A stretch of 64,000 bases of DNA, from the NCBI GenBank assembly GCA_963748625.1, contig CAVVJT010000007.1, positions 960,001 through 1,024,000 of the forward strand, given 5' to 3'. This DNA is from an uncultured Chloroflexia bacterium (GTDB lineage: Bacteria > Chloroflexota > Limnocylindria > Limnocylindrales > CSP1-4). Made by a program: the position numbers and the translations under genes. Numbering within the stretch: position 1 is the first letter of the stretch; every line of letters begins with the position of its first letter. This document shows, in pieces, positions 59,254 to 64,000 of this stretch. Under the pieces are notes generated by a model. That model did no database searches. It was not told the origin of the DNA and saw only the letters and a list, made by a program, of their open reading frames with translations.

Positions 59254-60158
59254 CGGTCCTTGCGATCCCGCACGACGAGCACCGAGCACCCGGCGTGCAG
59301 GAGCACATTGCGCGCCACGCTGCCGAGGATCAGCCGGGCGAGTCCGGTGTGGCCGCGGGTTCCCATGACGATGGTGCCCACGCCCTGCTCCACGGCGTAC
59401 CTGACGATCTCCGACGCGGGATCGCCCTCGAGCGTGATCGCGTCAGCCGCGAAGCCCGCGTCAACCAGGCGATGGGCCTCCCCCGCCGCCTCCTTCTGGG
59501 TCTCCTGGCGCACCTCGTCGGCGGACCTGGCGTAGGACTCGAAGGCCTGGTCGTACATGCCTGGCGTGAAGCCGGCGGCAACCGGCACGGCGATCTCGGC
59601 GACGGTGACGACGGTCAGATGCTCTGATTGAAAGACCGGCCACGCGGTGAACACGGCCTCCGCGGTTCGGGCGGAGTGGGAGCCGTCATCTGCGAACACC
59701 ACGGGACCCAGGTGCTCGGCACGTGCGACAAGCACCGGGCACGGCGCGTGATCCACCACCTCGGACGCGGTCGAACCGAGCACCATGGTGGCGATGGTCC
59801 CGTGGCCCCGGCTGCCGACAACGAGAAGGTCGGCGCCCATCGCCGTGGCCTCGTCCACGATGGAGCTGGCCGGTCGGCCGTGGATGAGGAAGCCCTCGAC
59901 GGTGAGCCCGTCCCGCAGCAGGATGGCTTCGGCCTGGGCGACGGCCTCGCGGTGCTTGCGGGCGTCCACCTCCTCCTCGGTCTCGATGTTGGATCCGGCC
60001 TCCCCCATCGCCGCCCACGTCATGGCGAGCGCGTCAGTGTAGGGCTCCTGGATGGAGATCACGCGGACCAGGGAGTCCGGCGGGAGCTGGAACGAGGCGA
60101 CGAGCTTGACGGCGCGGTCGCTTGAGACCGATCCATCGACGGCGAGCAGGATGCGCAT
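59250..60158 (-). CDS. Tandem universal stress protein
   Basis: MRILLAVDGS, VVGSRG...LGSTA, VMGTRG...LGSVA; GGAGG RBS before ATG 60158. Confidence 0.93.
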   Translation of the reverse strand: MRILLAVDGSVSSDRAVKLVASFQLPPDSLVRVISIQEPYTDALAMTWAAMGEAGSNIETEEEVDARKHREAVAQAEAILLRDGLTVEGFLIHGRPASSIVDEATAMGADLLVVGSRGHGTIATMVLGSTASEVVDHAPCPVLVARAEHLGPVVFADDGSHSARTAEAVFTAWPVFQSEHLTVVTVAEIAVPVAAGFTPGMYDQAFESYARSADEVRQETQKEAAGEAHRLVDAGFAADAITLEGDPASEIVRYAVEQGVGTIVMGTRGHTGLARLILGSVARNVLLHAGCSVLVVRDRKDR

Positions 60159-60208
60159 CGGGAACCTCCGATCGCTGCCATCCTCCTCCGCTGCGCTGGA
60201 CGGCGTAT

Positions 60209-60222
60209 CGGCCGAACGGCCC
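60209..60222 (-). promoter_or_regulatory. DosR-like box upstream of the USP gene
   Basis: GGGCCGTTCGGCCG on the minus strand, 12/14 identical to the hydrogenase box. Confidence 0.4.
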
Positions 60223-60329
60223 ATTGCAGCCGCCCGACCGGACGGCGCCTGAGGCGACGCCCGGCCCCTGTGGGCCGCCGCCGGTAGCGGCCCCGACAGC
60301 GCCAGCCGGCAGCGAGCGTGGAGCGGGGC

Positions 60330-60752
60330 TTACGGCTCCCGGCGCAGCGACACGACGATGAGCAGGAACGTTGTCTCGAGGATGTCGACGCCGGCGATCA
60401 CCAGCGCGACGATCAGCGGCAGCGGATGCCCCATGAGCCAGCCCGCAGCAGCCGCGAAAGCGGCAACCGCGAGGAACACGAAGCGCACGCCGCGCACGAG
60501 CGATGCGAGGTCGCGGGTCGTGAGGTCACCGGAGGGTGTGGCGCGGCTGCTCTCGATCCGCACGATCGCGCGCCGGAGGCACCAGAGGCCCGCGACGACC
60601 GACAGGCCCACGAGCGCTGCCCGCACGATCGCCGGCGGGCTCACCAGCGCCGTGAGGAGGTCGCCGTTCCAGCCGAGGAGCGTGCCGCCCACGAGGGCGA
60701 GCACCCCAGCCAGCATCCAGAGCAGGCGGCCCCGTCCGGGGGTCGCGCTCAC
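60330..60752 (-). CDS. Hypothetical membrane protein
   Basis: About 4 hydrophobic segments; GTGA-coupled to the JAMM gene. Confidence 0.75.
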   Translation of the reverse strand: MSATPGRGRLLWMLAGVLALVGGTLLGWNGDLLTALVSPPAIVRAALVGLSVVAGLWCLRRAIVRIESSRATPSGDLTTRDLASLVRGVRFVFLAVAAFAAAAGWLMGHPLPLIVALVIAGVDILETTFLLIVVSLRREP

Positions 60753-61183
60753 CCGTCAACCAGTTCGAGGGGAACCTCGTGGCGCTCTCCGTTGACGAGG
60801 CGCCAGGCTCGCAGCCCAGGTATCTCCAGGGAGATGAGCAGGTACAGCGCGGACGGCCACGTCGCCCCGTCGATGTCCAGCCGGGACGGCTCAGCCGGCG
60901 TCCGGACGTGGGAGTGGACGATGCCCCAGACGGTCTCGCCAGAGATGTCGGTGGCGTGGGCCACCCGGAGGACGTCCTCGGGCGCGATGCGGTAGCGCGT
61001 GGGCGAGGCGAGCTCGTTGCGGCACGGGACGTAGCGGAGTGCCCGTCCGCCGAGCACCGGGTCCGCAGATCCGACGATCAACCCGCAGGCCTCGTTGGGG
61101 ACCTCGTCGCGGGCATGCCGCTCGATAGCCGCGGCGATCGACCGCGGCAGCTGCGCCAGCGCAGGTCCCGGATGGCCGCTCAG
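60749..61183 (-). CDS. JAMM/MPN+ metalloprotease (M67, Mec-like)
   Basis: PNEACGLI and HSH...PSRLD JAMM motif; frame is open upstream of the annotated TTG back to a CTG at 61183. Confidence 0.87.
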   Translation of the reverse strand: MSGHPGPALAQLPRSIAAAIERHARDEVPNEACGLIVGSADPVLGGRALRYVPCRNELASPTRYRIAPEDVLRVAHATDISGETVWGIVHSHVRTPAEPSRLDIDGATWPSALYLLISLEIPGLRAWRLVNGERHEVPLELVDG

Positions 61184-62385
61184 CGCGGTCCCTCGAACGG
61201 GTTCGCGAGGGTGACCAGCCCGACCGCGGGGTCGCCCGGCACCGTCGTCGGGCCTGAGGCCGCCGGCATGCCCGGGATCGGCAGCGGGGCCCCGGCCTCA
61301 CGCGCGGCCCGCGCCGCATCGGAGCAGACAGGGCACGTGGGGTCACGCCGCAGCCGCAGCTCGGTGAACTCGGTCTCGAGGGCGTCGAAGAGCAGCAGGC
61401 GGCCGGTCATCGGACTGCCGGCGCCAAGGAGGAGCTTGAGGACCTCGTTGGCCTGGAGCAGGCCCATGATCCCGGGCACGACCCCCAGGACGCCCGCCAC
61501 GTTGCAGGCGGGCGCGAGCTCCGGGGGAGGCGGCGACGGGTACAGGCAGCGGTAGCAGGGCCCCTCGTACGGGACGAAGACCGAGAGCTGGCCCTCGAAC
61601 CGGTAGACCGATGCGTGGACGACCGGGATGCCAGCCGCGACAGCGGCGTCGTTGAGCAGGTAGCGCGTCTCGAAGCTGTCGGTCCCGTCGAGGATGACGT
61701 CGAACCCCGCGATGACGCGCTCGACGTTCGCCGAAACGAGCATCTCGTCGATTGCCACCACCGTCACGTCAGGGTTCAGGGCCGTGATGGTCGTCCTGGC
61801 CGACTCCACCTTCTTGAGGCCGACGCGGTCGGTCGTGTGGAGCACCTGGCGCTGCAGGTTCGAGACATCGACCACGTCGAAGTCGATGAGGGCGAGGGTG
61901 CCCACCCCGGCGGCAGCGAGGTAGAGGGCGGCCGGTGACCCGAGGCCCCCTGCGCCCACGAGGAGCACCTTGGAGGCGAGCAGGCGGGCCTGGCCATCGG
62001 CACCCACCTCGGGGATCAGCAGGTGGCGGCTGTAGCGCCGGCGCTGGGCGTCGGTCAGAGGGCTCGCCGGCACCTCGACCGGTCGGCCCTCGGCGCGCCA
62101 CTGCTCGATGCCGCCGGCCATCGAGACGACATCGGCATAGCCAATCGCTCCAAGGGCCTGTGCCGCGAACAACGAACGCACGCCGGACCGGCAGTACAGC
62201 ACGAGCGGCTGCGCCGGATCCGCCACCGCGGCGCCGATCTCCGTCTCGAGCCGGCTCTTCGGCACCAGGACGGCGCCGGGGATCCGCTCCACGGCCCACT
62301 CGTTGTCCTCGCGGACATCGACGAGCAGCGCGCCTGTGGCGCGCAGGGCATCGGCCTCGGCGGGCGATACCTCGCGGATCGTCAG
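61180..62385 (-). CDS. moeB: MoeB/ThiF adenylyltransferase with N-terminal rhodanese domain
   Basis: DVRE...YCRSGVRS rhodanese; RYSRHL, GAGGLGSP, SNLQRQ, PCYRCL, CPVC; probable CTG start. Confidence 0.92.
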   Translation of the reverse strand: MTIREVSPAEADALRATGALLVDVREDNEWAVERIPGAVLVPKSRLETEIGAAVADPAQPLVLYCRSGVRSLFAAQALGAIGYADVVSMAGGIEQWRAEGRPVEVPASPLTDAQRRRYSRHLLIPEVGADGQARLLASKVLLVGAGGLGSPAALYLAAAGVGTLALIDFDVVDVSNLQRQVLHTTDRVGLKKVESARTTITALNPDVTVVAIDEMLVSANVERVIAGFDVILDGTDSFETRYLLNDAAVAAGIPVVHASVYRFEGQLSVFVPYEGPCYRCLYPSPPPPELAPACNVAGVLGVVPGIMGLLQANEVLKLLLGAGSPMTGRLLLFDALETEFTELRLRRDPTCPVCSDAARAAREAGAPLPIPGMPAASGPTTVPGDPAVGLVTLANPFEGPR

Positions 62386-62777
62386 CCTGCCTCCTTCGCC
62401 AGGGGCTTCGCGCCGACCTCGTCGAGCAGGTGCTGGAGCGAGTCGAACGAGAGCATCGCGCACTTGAGGCGCGCCGGGCTGATCTCGATCCCGAGCAGCT
62501 CGAGCAGGTCCGTCGCGGCGAACGCCGCCACGTCGCCAACCGGCTTGCCCTTGACCTCGTCGGTCAGGAGGCTCGCGGAGGCCTGGCTGATGGCGCAGCC
62601 GCGGCCCGTGAAGCCAACGTCCGTCACGACGCCGTCCTCGACGGTCAGTTGCATCGTGATCCGGTCGCCGCAGAGGGGATTGGACCCCTCGAACGACGCG
62701 GTGGGCATCTCCAGCACCCCGAAGTTGTGGGGGTGCCGGTAGTGCTCGAGGATGTAGTCGCGGTACAGGTCGTCCAT
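62382..62777 (-). CDS. sufU: SufU/IscU-like (NifU N-terminal) protein
   Basis: ILEHYRHPHN, NPLCGD, GCAISQAS, RLKCA. Confidence 0.9.
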   Translation of the reverse strand: MDDLYRDYILEHYRHPHNFGVLEMPTASFEGSNPLCGDRITMQLTVEDGVVTDVGFTGRGCAISQASASLLTDEVKGKPVGDVAAFAATDLLELLGIEISPARLKCAMLSFDSLQHLLDEVGAKPLAKEAG

Positions 62778-63031
62778 GGGTCCGCCGAGTGTAACGCCGC
62801 GTGTCCGCATGCGACCACCTGAGCAGGTCTGAGGAATCGGCCCGCCCGTCATCTCCAGGCTGTGACGGTTGCGACAACGATGCGTTCTGGTATACCGGAG
62901 GTATCGGCTCCCGTTAGACTGGCCCTATTCCCGGTCAGCGATCCATGCCGCGTGCCGGCGGATGCGTGACCGACATCAGGACTAGGGGAGCGGCCCGACG
63001 ACATGCGCGCCGCCGCCCCGGGAGGAGCACA

Positions 63032-64000
63032 GTGCGCAACTCCGTATCCAGGGTGGCTGTCGCCCTGGCATCGATCGCGATCGTCGTCGCCGCATGCGGT
63101 GGTGGCAGCGGCGGTTCCGACAAGGCGAGACCGCCACGTCCGCCGCGGACCTGGGTGGCATCGACAAGCGTCTGGAGGCCGGCAAGGACGAGGGCACGCT
63201 CAACGACGATCGCCCTGCCGCCGGACTGGGCCAACTACGGGGCCAGATCATGGACGACTTCACGACGAAGTACGGCATCAAGATCATCACCGACCAGCCG
63301 GACGCGACAGCCAGCCACGAGATCACCACGGCCAAGCAGCGACAGGGCACCGGCCGCAGCCCGACGTCGTTCGACCTGGGCACCGGTCGTCGCCCAGGCC
63401 AACCTCGACATGTTCGCGCCGTACCAGTCGGCGACGTGGGCGGACATCCCGGACAACCTCAAGGACGCCGCAGGCCCTGGATCAACGACTACACCGGCTA
63501 CATGTCGATCGGCTACGACACCCGCAAGGTCGAGACGCTCACGACGGTCGCCCGACCTGCTGGACCCCAAGTACAAGGGCATGATCGCCCTCAACGGCGA
63601 CCCACCCAAGGCGTCCGCGCGGCTTCAACGGCGTCATGATGGCCTCGCTGGCCAACGGCGGCTCCGCTGACAACATCGCAGCCCGGCGTCGACTTCTTCA
63701 AGCAGCTCTCCGAGGCGGCAACTTCCTGCCCGTGGACCCGACCCCGGCCACGATCACCTCGGGCCAGACCCCGATCGTCATCGACTGGCTGTACAACAAC
63801 GCCTCCCAGATCGGCTCCCAGTCCAAGACGGGCGTGGACTGGAAGGTCGTCGTCCCCGCGGACGCGCCCCCGGTCTCCTCGTTCTACATGGCGACGATCA
63901 ACAAGGACGCCGCCCACCCGGCCGCCGCCCGCTGCTGGGTCGAGTACCTCTTCTCGGACGCCGGCCAGAACACCTGGCTCAAGGGCTTCGCGACGCCCGT
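63032..64000 (+). CDS. ABC transporter substrate-binding lipoprotein (iron/polyamine-type); partial, many frameshifts
   Basis: GGAGGAG RBS, lipobox VAAC; fragments IALPPDWANYG, DYTGYMSIGYD, YKGMIALNGDP, INKDAAHPAAA in shifting frames. Confidence 0.8.

Noticed and set aside
62980-63030. ctagggg leader upstream of the ABC binding protein as a TPP riboswitch
   Set aside because: Lacks the CUGAGA and other TPP core motifs

Overview
High-GC bacterial chromosomal segment with about 70 genes. Gene content is compatible with a Chloroflexota-like or similar high-GC lineage, but this is inference only. Several single-base frameshifts in otherwise intact genes, densest after 63 kb, suggest an unpolished long-read assembly. 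Main content in order: darA, a GAF-GGDEF cyclase and tmk; a membrane-bound group 1 [NiFe]-hydrogenase operon; tldD-tldE; a three-gene phospholipid operon; pdxS-pdxT with a GNAT-like gene and an AAA-R3H gene; an AbrB/Doc toxin-antitoxin pair; a complete sugar-phosphate-type bacterial microcompartment (BMC) operon at 27.5-34.2 kb (SorC regulator, RpiB, DeoC, acylating aldehyde dehydrogenase, BMC-H, two BMC-T, three BMC-P); a methyltransferase-MOSC fusion; a B12 radical SAM operon; HNH-cca-TPR/repeat protein-galE; Tad pseudopilins; a degenerate DNA-ligase-like protein; a glucosylglycerate cluster; a Phd/VapC pair coupled to nth; sufU-moeB-JAMM; and a truncated ABC solute-binding protein. The most notable signals are the BMC locus (Cys-rich DeoC extension, Asp-type RpiB), the catalytically dead ligase homologue, intergenic clusters of 17-bp palindromes, a DosR-like box shared by the hydrogenase and USP genes, and widespread leaderless promoters. 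No rRNA, tRNA, CRISPR array or transposase was recognised.
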